DNA of 64,000 bases from an uncultured Planctomycetaceae bacterium (GTDB taxonomy: Bacteria; Planctomycetota; Planctomycetia; Planctomycetales; Planctomycetaceae). Location: contig CAWFGE010000019.1 in the NCBI GenBank assembly GCA_963815195.1, positions 160,001-224,000 of the forward strand, given 5' to 3'. A program made the translations under genes and the position numbers. Of the stretch, positions 1-10,900 are shown in pieces (within the stretch, counting starts at the first letter, position 1; every line of letters starts with the position of its first letter). The notes below the pieces were generated by a model, which did no database searches, was not told the DNA's origin, and saw only the letters and a list, made by a program, of their open reading frames with translations.

Positions 1-1290
1 CTTGGAGGCGCCGGGGCTGGTTTCATATCCGCCTTGGCTGTAGGCGATCTCGGTGCCGATGTAGCCGGGGGCATAGTCGCCGTACGCCGCCATCGCCACG
101 AACAAATCCGGCCGAAGCTTCTGGGCGGCTAGTTGATATTCCACGAACAGCTCGCCCGGCATCAACAGCACGCGGGCCTTGCCGAGCGACAAGCACGCGA
201 GGTCGATCGCGTCCCGCCGCCCGCACCGGCGAAGCCATGTCAGGTTCTTCGCGGCGGCATAGCGGGCGGAAGGCGACGCCGATGTGTCCGCGATCGCTTT
301 CTGAAGCGCCGCTTCGTCGAGATGCTCCGCCGCCGGCAGGACGACCGGCTCGAGTTCCCAGCGCACGTCGTCGGCGGACAGCGGAGACTTCTTCGTGCTC
401 TCCCACGCCTGTTTCATGCCGGCGGCCACACGGTCGGCGAGAATCTGCCGATTCTCGTGCGAGCCGTCGTTCCACTTCCCCGCCCCGACATTCCCGCCCG
501 CGCCGTTGAAATGAATGTGCGGGACGCCGGTCTCCTTTTCGCGGGCGTTCCGGGCCAGCCCGGGAAAATCGGGATTGGCAAGCCCCGTGCGGTAATAGCT
601 CTGCGGATGCGTCGCGTAAAACGTGACCGCTGCGATCGGCTTGTCGCCGTTCCAAAAGCTGATGAGTTTGAGCTGCGGATCGATCGTGCCGGCCGGGAAG
701 GCGCGGATTTTCGGATCCTTGGTCGCCGTGTAGCGGGTGTGGATGACTTTTCCGTCAGGCCCCAGAATCCGCCGATTGGATGCGACCTTCTCCACAATGC
801 CGACGCCTAACCCCAAATGCGTGACCGGCTGAGCGTCCGTGATCGCTGTTTGAACGGCCTTCGCCGACCGGCGAACCACGTCGCGGGCAAACCGCGGATC
901 GAACCCTGCCCCGGCTAACCCTTGTGCGTTCAAAAGCTCCTCCGCCGAGAAATCGCACCGCGGGGCATCGTGTTGATGGAGCGTATGCACCGCCACGCGG
1001 CTCGGCTCCGTGCCCGCGGCTTCCGCGATCGCTTCGCGAAACACCGTCTGGCCGCCGCTGCTGATCCCGATCCAATCCACCGCGCACAACACGATCGGCT
1101 TCCCGGCCCCGACAAGCACCACGCCGCGAAAGCTCAAAGGCGTCTCGACGGCCTTGGTCGGATCATAAGCCAAAGGCGACCCCACCGGCGGCGAAGCATC
1201 CACGGCAAACACCCCCACCGAGAGCGTCTCCGCCTTGAGCGGCGCGACCAGAACCGCCAACAACAAAAACAAAGCCAATCGAGCCATCAT
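1..1290 (-). CDS. Secreted conserved protein, neutral/alkaline ceramidase-like hydrolase family (3' end runs off the window)
   Basis: Read manually; missing from the ORF track because it has no stop in the window. ATG at 1290 follows GGGAGGG. Sequence MMARLALFLLLAVLVAPLKAETLSVGVFAVDASPPVGSPLAY..., with motifs HTLHQHDAP, YATHPQSYY, HFNGAGGNV, MPGELFVEYQL, AYGDYAPGYI. Frame is open to position 1. Confidence 0.7.
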   Translation of the reverse strand, partial: MMARLALFLLLAVLVAPLKAETLSVGVFAVDASPPVGSPLAYDPTKAVETPLSFRGVVLVGAGKPIVLCAVDWIGISSGGQTVFREAIAEAAGTEPSRVAVHTLHQHDAPRCDFSAEELLNAQGLAGAGFDPRFARDVVRRSAKAVQTAITDAQPVTHLGLGVGIVEKVASNRRILGPDGKVIHTRYTATKDPKIRAFPAGTIDPQLKLISFWNGDKPIAAVTFYATHPQSYYRTGLANPDFPGLARNAREKETGVPHIHFNGAGGNVGAGKWNDGSHENRQILADRVAAGMKQAWESTKKSPLSADDVRWELEPVVLPAAEHLDEAALQKAIADTSASPSARYAAAKNLTWLRRCGRRDAIDLACLSLGKARVLLMPGELFVEYQLAAQKLRPDLFVAMAAYGDYAPGYIGTEIAYSQGGYETSPGASK

Positions 1291-1408
1291 GATCCCTCCC
1301 GAAAACCGGTCTCGTGGAATTCTCAACACGCCCAAAGCATACCAAACAACAGAGGTTCCCGCAGGCGTTCCGGTCCGCCGATCCGCTCTGGCTTTCCGGG
1401 GTGCACAG

Positions 1409-1559
1409 CGTAGGGTGGGCAGATTTGGGCGAGTCCGGCAGATGCCATCATGCAGGCCCCCGTCCCTGTTAGAATTACGAAATAGGACAAGGATGTCGTT
1501 GCGCATTTTTTATCTCCGCAAATACCGTAGGGTGGCCCCGGTTGCTTGCCAACCGGGGC
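1409..1559. repeat. GTAG-type REP-like palindromic elements in the intergenic region
   Basis: CGTAGGGTGG at 1409 and 1526. The second copy is followed by the hairpin GCCCCGGTTG-CTTGC-CAACCGGGGC (1535-1559). Confidence 0.55.
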
Positions 1560-1585
1560 GGCGTCGCCGGTCTGCAAAGCCTCTA

Positions 1586-3100
1586 TTAAAGATGATACAA
1601 CTCATCATACTTCCCGTGCAGGTGGGTCATCAGCGGTTTGTGCGACAGGGGTTCGCCGGTGACGATGCGGACGAGCTCGGTGGGCGGGTACTGCCGGCCT
1701 CGGCGGTGGATGTTTTTGTTGAGCCACTGTAGCAGCGGGGCGAACTCGCCGCGGACGAACTGGGCGGAGAGATCGCCCAATTCCTTCTGGGCCGACTCGA
1801 AGAATTGGGCCGCGTACATATTGCCGAGGGCATACGTCGGAAAATAGCCGATCAGACCCGCGCTCCAGTGGATGTCCTGCAGGCAGCCCAGCGAATCGTG
1901 CGGCGGCGTGAGACCGAAGAACTGCTGGAACTTCTCGTTCCAAACGCCGGGGGCGTCCGCCGGTTTCAAATCGCCCGCAATCAAGGGTTGCTCCATCTCG
2001 AACCGCAGCATGATGTGCAGGTTATACGTCACCTCGTCGGCTTCCACGCGGATGAACGACGGCTGCACATCGTTGACGGCGAAATGAAAATCCTCCAAGG
2101 CGACACTGCCCAGGGCTTCGGGAAACGCTTCCTGCGCGGGGCCATAGAGATTTTGCCAGAACGCCAAACTCCGGCCCACGAAGTTTTCCCACATCCGGGA
2201 TTGCGATTCGTGAATCCCCAAGGAGACCGAATCGCCCATCGGCGTGCCATAGGCTTCGCGATCGAGTCCCTGCTCGTACATCCCGTGGCCCGCTTCGTGC
2301 AAGGTGCCGAAGAACGCGCCGGGGAAATGGTGCTCGTCGTAGCGGGTGGTCAATCGGCAGTCGCCCGGTCCGAAGCCGCTGCAAAATGGGTGGGCCGCTT
2401 CGTCGAGCCGGCCTTCGCCAAAGTTGAAGCCGATCTTGGTCGCGGCGGCGATGCCGAACTTCCGCTGGGCGTCGATGGGGTAGCTCCGCGTGATGATTTC
2501 GCGGTCGGGCGTTTTTCCGGAGTCCCGAATCGCCGCGACCAGCGGGACCAACTCATCCCGGAGCGCCGCGAACGCCTTCGTCACCTCGGCGGTTTTCGCA
2601 CCGGGTTCGTAGCGGTCCAGCAGGGCATCGTAAGGCACGCCGCCGTCGTAACCGAGGGCCTGGGCTTCTTCGCGTTTGAGGTTGACGATCTGCTCGAGCC
2701 AGGGGAGGAACTTGGGAAACGCCTTCTGCTTGCGGGCGTCGATCCAGGCCTGCTGCCCGAGCGAGGTCACGCGGGACATTTCCTCGACCAGCTTTTTTGG
2801 GAGCTTCGTGGCCCGGTCGTAATCCCGGCGGGCTTCGCGGACGTTGACCGCCATCGGCCCGTCGGCCCGTCCCAAATCGGTTTGTTCCAGTTCGCCGAGC
2901 AATTCGCCCACGCGGGAAGCGGTCCGCTGTTCGTGGGCCAGGCCGGACAGCAGACTGACTTGATTCGCCCGATGCTCCGCGCCGCCGGGCGGCAGGTAGG
3001 TTTGCTCATCCCAACCCAGGACGCTCCCGCACGATTCCAAAACCGCCGTCTTCCGCAAGTGGTCCACGAGTTCGGCATACAAGCTTTGTGCGTCCGCCAT
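1586..3100 (-). CDS. Carboxypeptidase M32 (carboxypeptidase Taq family)
   Basis: 504 aa with the M32 signatures LGWDEQTY, HPF, LTTRY, HEAGH, HESQS, IRVEADE, QDIHW and GYFPTY. Confidence 0.95.
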   Translation of the reverse strand: MADAQSLYAELVDHLRKTAVLESCGSVLGWDEQTYLPPGGAEHRANQVSLLSGLAHEQRTASRVGELLGELEQTDLGRADGPMAVNVREARRDYDRATKLPKKLVEEMSRVTSLGQQAWIDARKQKAFPKFLPWLEQIVNLKREEAQALGYDGGVPYDALLDRYEPGAKTAEVTKAFAALRDELVPLVAAIRDSGKTPDREIITRSYPIDAQRKFGIAAATKIGFNFGEGRLDEAAHPFCSGFGPGDCRLTTRYDEHHFPGAFFGTLHEAGHGMYEQGLDREAYGTPMGDSVSLGIHESQSRMWENFVGRSLAFWQNLYGPAQEAFPEALGSVALEDFHFAVNDVQPSFIRVEADEVTYNLHIMLRFEMEQPLIAGDLKPADAPGVWNEKFQQFFGLTPPHDSLGCLQDIHWSAGLIGYFPTYALGNMYAAQFFESAQKELGDLSAQFVRGEFAPLLQWLNKNIHRRGRQYPPTELVRIVTGEPLSHKPLMTHLHGKYDELYHL

Positions 3101-3236
3101 GAGTTTCCTGCCTTTTTTGTGTGGAATGGAATAATGGTTCGTTGGTCTCTCGAATCATAGCGAATCCAAACCGCGCGGCACAGACATTCCTTTCAATCAA
3201 CACACACAGAATCAACGTACGCGATATTGCCCCGGA

Positions 3237-3293
3237 AAATCCGAAATCCGAATCTCGAATTCCGAAACAAATCCCAATGTCCGAAATTCCAAA
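3237..3293. repeat. Degenerate heptamer tandem repeat (AAATCCG-like)
   Basis: AAATCCG AAATCCG AATCTCG AATTCCG ... TCCGAAATTCCAAA, intergenic. Confidence 0.6.
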
Positions 3294-3650
3294 ACGAGCC
3301 AGCGTCGGAACTCGATTCCAACTCCGACGACCGGGACACAGCATCCACAGATGCGCCTCTCGGCGTGCGGCGGGTTTGTGACAGAGTGCGGACGGATGGG
3401 GTTGAACGCGCGCGGGTTTTTCCGGGGATTTGACAGCGTGGAGTGGAGGACTCAAATCGTGCGCAATTCAAAGGTCTCTCTGACCACTGATTCGATTCAA
3501 TCCGGATGGACTTGAGCTTTCTTCGCACATGGCTGGCCCGCTGGCCCGCTCGCCGATGGATTGGCCTACTTCTTGACAAAAACCGGCTATTGGGAATAGT
3601 AGAGTAGCCCGTTCCCATTTCGAGGAGCCTTCAACGGACCGCCCGATATC

Positions 3651-4712
3651 ATGCACAGCGTCCACACCCCAAGTTTCCCTGGAATTCTGGATGCCCTCCA
3701 GGCGAGTGTTATCGTTTCGACCTATCAGGCGGGGAAGTTGATTTTGCTCCGCAACGAGAACGGAACGCTCAATACGCATTTTCGTAATTTCCAACAGCCC
3801 ATGGGCGTGGCTTTACATGATGGGCGGCTGGCTGTCGGCACTCTCCATGAGATTTGGGAATTTCATAACACCCCCGCCGTCGCTCAAAGATTGCCGAGCG
3901 AACCCTGCCGGACCGATGCCTGTTATCTTCCGCGGTCCTGTGATGTGACCGGCGACATCCAGATTCACGAGATGGACTACGACCGCGATTTGGAATTGTG
4001 GTTTGTCAATACGCGGTTTTCTTGCCTTGCCACGCGGAGTCGAGAATACAACTTCGTGCCGCGCTGGAAGCCGGGTTTCATCTCGGGATATACGCCGGAG
4101 GATCGCTGCCATCTCAACGGCTTGGCGATGGCCGACGGCCGGCCGAAATATGTGACGGCGCTCGGCGAGACCGACACGCCGGCGGGTTGGCGGGAGAACA
4201 AAGCCTCCGGCGGAGTCGTGATGGACGTCGAAAGCGGCGAGATCATTTCGCGGGGCTTGTCCATGCCCCATTCGCCGCGGGTGCACCAAGATCGGTTGTG
4301 GGTGCTCAATTCGGGAGACGGCGGGTTCGGCTCTGTGGACCTGAAGACGGGGCGGTACGAACCGGTTTTGGAGCTTCCGGGATTCACGCGGGGCCTGTCC
4401 TTTCTTGGCCGCTTCGCCTTCATTGGACTCTCCCAGGTCCGCGAGTCGGCCGTATTCAGCGGCATTCGCATCGCCCAAATGGAGGAAACCGAGCGCTGGG
4501 CGGGCGTGGCGATTGTAGATATTGAAAAGGGCGACCTGGCCGGCTTTCTCAAGTTCCAACAGGACGTCCACGAAGTCTTCGCGGTCTGCGTCTTGCCCGG
4601 GGCCGTGTGGCCGGATGTGATAAATCACGATGCGGACCTGATCGGCCAATCTTACGTGCTGCCGGATGACGCCCTGGCCCAAGTCCCCCCCGAGTTCCGC
4701 ACGCGCTCCTAG
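3651..4712 (+). CDS. TIGR03032 (DUF4915) family protein
   Basis: 353 aa with motifs STYQAGKL, TGDIQIHEM, FVNTRFSCL, PEDRCHLNGLA, GLSMPHSPR, LPGFTRGL and GLSQVRE. Confidence 0.9.
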   Translation: MHSVHTPSFPGILDALQASVIVSTYQAGKLILLRNENGTLNTHFRNFQQPMGVALHDGRLAVGTLHEIWEFHNTPAVAQRLPSEPCRTDACYLPRSCDVTGDIQIHEMDYDRDLELWFVNTRFSCLATRSREYNFVPRWKPGFISGYTPEDRCHLNGLAMADGRPKYVTALGETDTPAGWRENKASGGVVMDVESGEIISRGLSMPHSPRVHQDRLWVLNSGDGGFGSVDLKTGRYEPVLELPGFTRGLSFLGRFAFIGLSQVRESAVFSGIRIAQMEETERWAGVAIVDIEKGDLAGFLKFQQDVHEVFAVCVLPGAVWPDVINHDADLIGQSYVLPDDALAQVPPEFRTRS

Positions 4713-4929
4713 CGGCCGGAACATATTCGATTCGCGTCTCTGGCAACGCATTTCCTGGCCCCCTTTCCCGCATTGATCGGAAAAATGCCGATTTTCGGCA
4801 ACGGGGGAATTCCCAAAAAAATCATCGGGAATCCTCTTTTCTGTTTGCGTGGGGAAATCCCCCTGGCTATCGTAGTCGTAACCCTCTCTATAGATAGAAC
4901 TCACTTCTCGTCCTCGGTGGAGTCTCCCG

Positions 4930-7900
4930 ATGAAATTCGCCCCGTTTGGAGGTCGGCTGCCAAGATTCGATTGGTCCATCGCGCTTCGCGTTCGAGAAAT
5001 GTTTCACCGACCCCATCGGCGGACTGAGTTCCGCCGCCTCCTTTCCATGCGTGGACTTTCCCGGGCGGGGATCATCGCAGAGGTGTTGGAGGATCGAACC
5101 TTATTGTCCACGATTGTGGTCGATACGTTGGTGGACGAAAACAACGGCGTCGGCACAGGCGGTGTGAGCTTGCGCGACGCCATTGCCGCCAGCGGTTCGG
5201 GCGACACGATTACATTTCAGTCAGCGCTTGCCAACGGAACGATTCTACTCACCAACGGGGAGTTGCTGGTCGATAACGCCCTGACGATTGATGGGGGCCT
5301 GAGCAACATCACCGTCAATGCCCAGGCTGGCAGCCGGGTGTTTCACGTCGATGATGGCGACAGCAACAATCAAGCCGTCGTGACGATTTCCGGGTTGACA
5401 ATCACCGGGGGACATGTGACGAGTGGAAGCGGGGGCGGAATCGACAACAGCGAATCCCTGACCGTCACAAACTGCACCATCTCGGGGAACTCGGCGTTTA
5501 ATAACGGCGGTGGGATTTTTAGCATTCAGAGCTTGACTCTCGCGAACTGCACCGTCTCGGAAAACACCGCGTTTAACGGTGGCGGTATCGAAAACAAATT
5601 CGGGACGGCGGCTGTCGTGAACTCCACCATCTCCGGAAATCTCGCTGAAGACGGAGGCGGTGGGGGATTGTATAACTATGCCGGCACGGCGACCATTACA
5701 AACTCCACCATCTCGGGAAATACCGTGTCCGGCGGCAGCCTCAGCGGCGGCGGAGGCGTTGCAAATGTCTTCGGCACGGCGACCGTCGTGAACTCCACCA
5801 TCTCCGGAAACTCCACTCAAGGTCAAGGTGGCGGCTTTAACAACCTCCTCGCAACGTTGAATGTGACAAATTCCACCATCGCCGGCAACGCGGCGTCCGG
5901 CAGCAGCGGCGGAGGCGGCCTTTATAACGGCAGCAACTACTTCCCCGGCACGGCCAATCTGAATAACACAATCATCGCCGGGAACGCGGGAGGGGACCTT
6001 TCGCAACCGGGCACGTTTTCGGGGACGAACAATTTAATCCAGGACGGAAATGCCCCCGCCGGCCTTGCAAACACGCGGACGGGAAATCCCTTGCTGGGCC
6101 CACTGGCCGACAATGGCGGGCCGACCAAGACGCAGGCCCTCCTGGCCGGCTCTCCTGCTTTCGACGCGGGGAGCAACTCGGCCGCCGTGGACGGCCAGGG
6201 CAATCCTCTGACCACAGACCAACGCGGGCAGACTCGGTTTGTGGGCACGGTGGACATTGGGGCGTTCGAAGTGCAATCCCAGTCCGCCGTGATCACCGTC
6301 AATACGTTTGGAGATGAGAACAACGGCGTCGGCACAGGCGGTGTGAGCTTGCGGGACGCCATCCTTCTGGCTAACGCCAATCCCGACATGGAATATGAAA
6401 TCCGTCTGCAAACGGGGACTTACTCGCTGAGCATCACCGGTGCGGGCGAAGATGCGTCCGCGACGGGCGATCTGGACATCCTCAACACAGCGGGTATCAC
6501 AATCACCGGGACCGGTGCCGGACAGACAATCATCAACGCCAGCGGCAACGGCGACCGCGTCTTCGACATCCACACCGGCGCTGCGCTCAGTATTGAAAGC
6601 GTGACAATCACGGGCGGCAGCATCACCGACAGCCCGGGCGGCGGCGGGTTCCTCGTTGACGGCGGCATGCTGACCGTCACCGGCGGCAGCATCACTGGCA
6701 ACACCGCCGTCATGGCCGGCGGCGGCGGCATCCGCAACCAGAATTCCGGCAGTGTGACCCTCACAGACACGACGCTATCGCAAAACTCAACTGGTGGCAG
6801 TTTCGGCTTCCTCACTGGCGGTGCCATCTCCAACGTTTCTGGCAGCAGCGTGATCATCACCGGCGGCAGCATCACCGGCAACTCGGCTAGGGATGGAGGC
6901 GGCATCCACAACGAGGGTTCCGGCAGCAGCGTGACAATAACCGGCAGCAGCATCAGTGGTAACTCGGCCGACTACGGTGGCGGAATCCGCAATGACGCCA
7001 GCGTGGCCATTACCGACAGCACGGTGTCCCATAATACGTCCAGTACCGGCGGCGGCGTCTTCAACGAATCCCGCGGCAGCGTGACCGTCACCGGCGGCAG
7101 CATCACCGGAAACTCGTCCTCCGACGGCGGCGGGATTCGCAACGACGGCAGCCTTACTATTATCGGCGTCAGCATCACAGGCAACACCGTCAATTTCTAT
7201 GGTGGTGGCATTGAAAGTTCCGGCAGCCTGATTGTCGTTGATAGCACTTTCTCGCAAAACTCGGCCGGTAGCACCGGCGGCGGCGTCAGCGCTGGGGGCA
7301 ACCTGTCCATTACCAACACCACTTTATCGCAAAACTCCGCCGACAAGGGGGGCGGTGTGTATACAAGTTTCGGCAGTGTGACCATCACCGATACCACGCT
7401 AATGGAAAACTCGGCCACGAACGGAGGGGGGCTCTTTACCTCGCGTTTCGGCACCAGCGTGGCTATCACTGGTGGCAGCATCATCGGCAATTCGGCCAGC
7501 GCCAACGGCGGCGGGATTAGAAATGAAGATTCGGGAAGCGTGACCATCACCGACGGCACCCTCTCGCAAAACTCGGCCAACCGCGGCGGCGGCATTTCCA
7601 ATGACGGCTCCGGAAGCCACGTGACGATTAATGGCGGCAACGTCACCGGCAACAGCGGCATCGGAATTCAAAACCGGAATTCCGGCAGCCTGACGATCAT
7701 GAACACCACCGTCTCGCAAAACACCGGGGGCGGGATCAACAATGAGTCGTCCGGTAGCATCACTGCCGTGACCATCACCAACAGCACCGTCTCACAAAAC
7801 TCCGGAGGCAGTTTCGGCGGGGGGATTGTGAACTTTGGTTCCGCCAGCAGCGTGACCGTCACCGGCGGCAGCATCCTTAGCAACTTCGCCGGCCTAGGGG

Positions 7901-10900
7901 GAGGCGGTATCGCCAACTTTAATGGGGGCGGCGTGACCATTACAGGCAGTACCCTTTCGCAAAACTCCGCCGGCGGCTACGCCGGTGGAGGCGCCATCAA
8001 AACATTTGGCGGCAGCGTGACCATCACCAACAGCGTGCTGTCGAAGAACTCGGCCGCCGCGGGCGGTGGCGCCATCAGTATCGAGGACGCCGCCATCGTA
8101 ACAGTCACGAATAGTACGTTGTCCCAAAACTCGGCCGGATCCGGCGGCGGAGTCGCAACCAGCTTTGGTGGTATGTTGAATGTGACCGACTCCAACTTCG
8201 TGGGAAATACGGCAAACAACGATGGTGGCGGCATCCGCATCTATTCCGGCACGGCGACGGTCGTTAACTCCACCCTCTCCGGAAATACCGCAAACCTCAA
8301 TGGCGGCGGCATAAGCACCTACGGCAGCAATTACGGCAGTTCCGGTCGGGTGATTGTCATCAACTCCACCCTCTCCGGGAACACCGCGAACAACAACGGT
8401 GGCGGCATCCGCAACGCCGGGACGGCAACAGTCATCAACTCCACCGTCTTCGAGAATAGCGCTCAAGGCGTCGGTGGCGGGATCGTTAACTCGACGGGGA
8501 CAACCACCCTCAACAATTCAATTGTTGCCGGAAGTGCCGGGGGCGAACTGGCGGGTTCATTTTCCGGAACGAACAATTTGGTACAGGATGGATCAGGAAC
8601 GGGCCTTGCCAACACCATCACGGGCGATCCATTGTTGGGACCGCTCCAAGACAACGGCGGCCCGACGAAAACTCACGCTCTTCTCAGCGATTCCCCGGCC
8701 ATCAATAGGGGCAAAAATGCGGCCGCTGTCGATGCGTCCGGCAATCCCTTGATCTCCGACCAGCGCGGACGCGAGCGGTTTGCGGGAACCGTGGACATTG
8801 GCGCCTACGAATTTGCGCCCTCTTGCTCACCGTCAATACCCTCGCGGACGAAAATGACGGCATCAACGTGGGCGGCATCAGCTTGAGGGACGCGATCGCC
8901 ACCGTCGGCGCAGGCGGCCTGATCGTTTTTGACGCCTCGCTTGGCAATGGGACGATTCTCTTGAGCAATGGCGCATTGCCGGTCGACAAAAGCGTGACCA
9001 TCAATGGGGAACTGAATAACATTAGTATCAGAGCCCAAACCGGTCACCGCGTGTTCTTCATTGATGACGGCAATGCTCTCGAGTTGGCCAATGTGACGCT
9101 TTCCGGCTTGACGATCGCCGGCGGCAGCAGCACCGAGAGCGGAGGCGGGATCTATAACAAGGAAGCCCTCACGGTCACCAAATCCACGATCACCGGCAAT
9201 ACCACGATGAGTAGCGGCGGAGGCATCTACAACAACGAAGGCCTTTTGAATGTGACCGAATCCACAATCTCCGGAAACACGGCCGAGAGTGGCGGAGGCA
9301 TCTATAACGACGACGGCGTCTTGAATGTGGCGAAATCCGCCATCTCCGAAAACACCGCGATCAAAGGCGGCGGCGTGTTTAACTATGACAGGGCGAATAT
9401 CACGGAATCCACCATTAGCGGAAACGCCGCGACCAGAGGCGCCGGTCTGTTCAACTTCTACACAGCGAATATCACGAACTCCACGATCAGCGGAAATGTT
9501 GCGTCCACTCGCGGGGGCGGTCTCTTCAACGGCAAGAGCCCCAATTATGCCGCAGGCACGTTGACTGTCACAAATACCACAATCGCCGCGAATCTCGCTC
9601 AAACTCAAGGGAACGGAATCTTTAACGATGTCCAGGGCGTGGCGGTTCTAAACAACACGATTATTGCCGGCGGCGACGGAGGGAATCTTGTCGGAACCGG
9701 CACCTTTTCCGGAACAAACAATTTGGTTCAAGACGGAATCATCCCTACGGGGCTTGCCAACACGATCACAGGCGACCCTATGTTAGGCCCGCTTCGAGAT
9801 AATGGCGGCGTGACGCAAACGCATCTTCTATTGAGCGGTTCCCCTGCCCTTGATACCGGAAAAAACTCGGTCGCCGTCGATGCAATGAGCAACCCTCTGA
9901 CGGCGGACCAACGCGGGAGAGACCGGTTTGTCGGGACAGTGGACATCGGTGCCGTGGAAATGGTGAAGTTAGCGATCGCGGCGGATATCCAGAGCCAAAC
10001 CGAAGGGGACAGCGGAACCACCAGTTTCACCTTCACGGTCACGCTCAGCGGGAGTCCCTCCGGCAAGACGACGGTGGATTATGCCGTTGTCGGGAGCGAT
10101 GTGGATGCGGACGATTTTTTGGGCGGGGTTTTTCCCTCTGGAATGGTCACCTTCAACCAGGGCGAAACGCAGAAAACCATCGCGATTCCAGTGGCCGGCG
10201 ACACCAAGGTCGAGGCTTCGGAATCCTTCACCGTGGCTCTCTCCAATCCTACATCGGAAGCGGTAATCGATGCTCCGGCGGTTGACATAAGCGACGCTTC
10301 AAGCACCATCCTCAATGACGACTCCGCCACGCTCCATTTGACCGGGGTGGATCAAGCGGAAGGCGACGGCGGCGGTCAGACGGCGTTCCTATTCGCCGTC
10401 ACGTTGGACCATGCCGTTGAAGGCGGGTTCGATCTGGCCTTCACGACGAACGACGGAACCGCGACGACGGCTGATAACGATTACATAAACAACGACAGCA
10501 TGGTGACGTTCGCCGGAACGGCTGGCGAAGTGCAAACGATTACCGTGCAGGTCAACCAAGATGCCAAAGTCGAACCGGACGAAGTCTTCAACGTGGCCTT
10601 GGGGGCGATCAGCTTGTCGGATGGAGGCATTAGTCCGGGCCGCGTGACGATTGTCGGCGGCACGCGGAACGGCATCATTCGCAACGACGATTCAGCTAAG
10701 CTCATTTTGGCAAGTGTCCTAAACATCAGCACGCAACAACTCGAAGGAAACGATCCAGGTTCGGCGGCCCAGTTTCAGTTTTCCGTGACCTTGGATAATC
10801 CCGTGCCGGGTGGATTCACGCTCCGATACTTGGTCCGAGATGGAGCCATTAACCCGGCGATCAATCCGGGGAAAGCGGAGCTTGGCAAGGATTATATCGT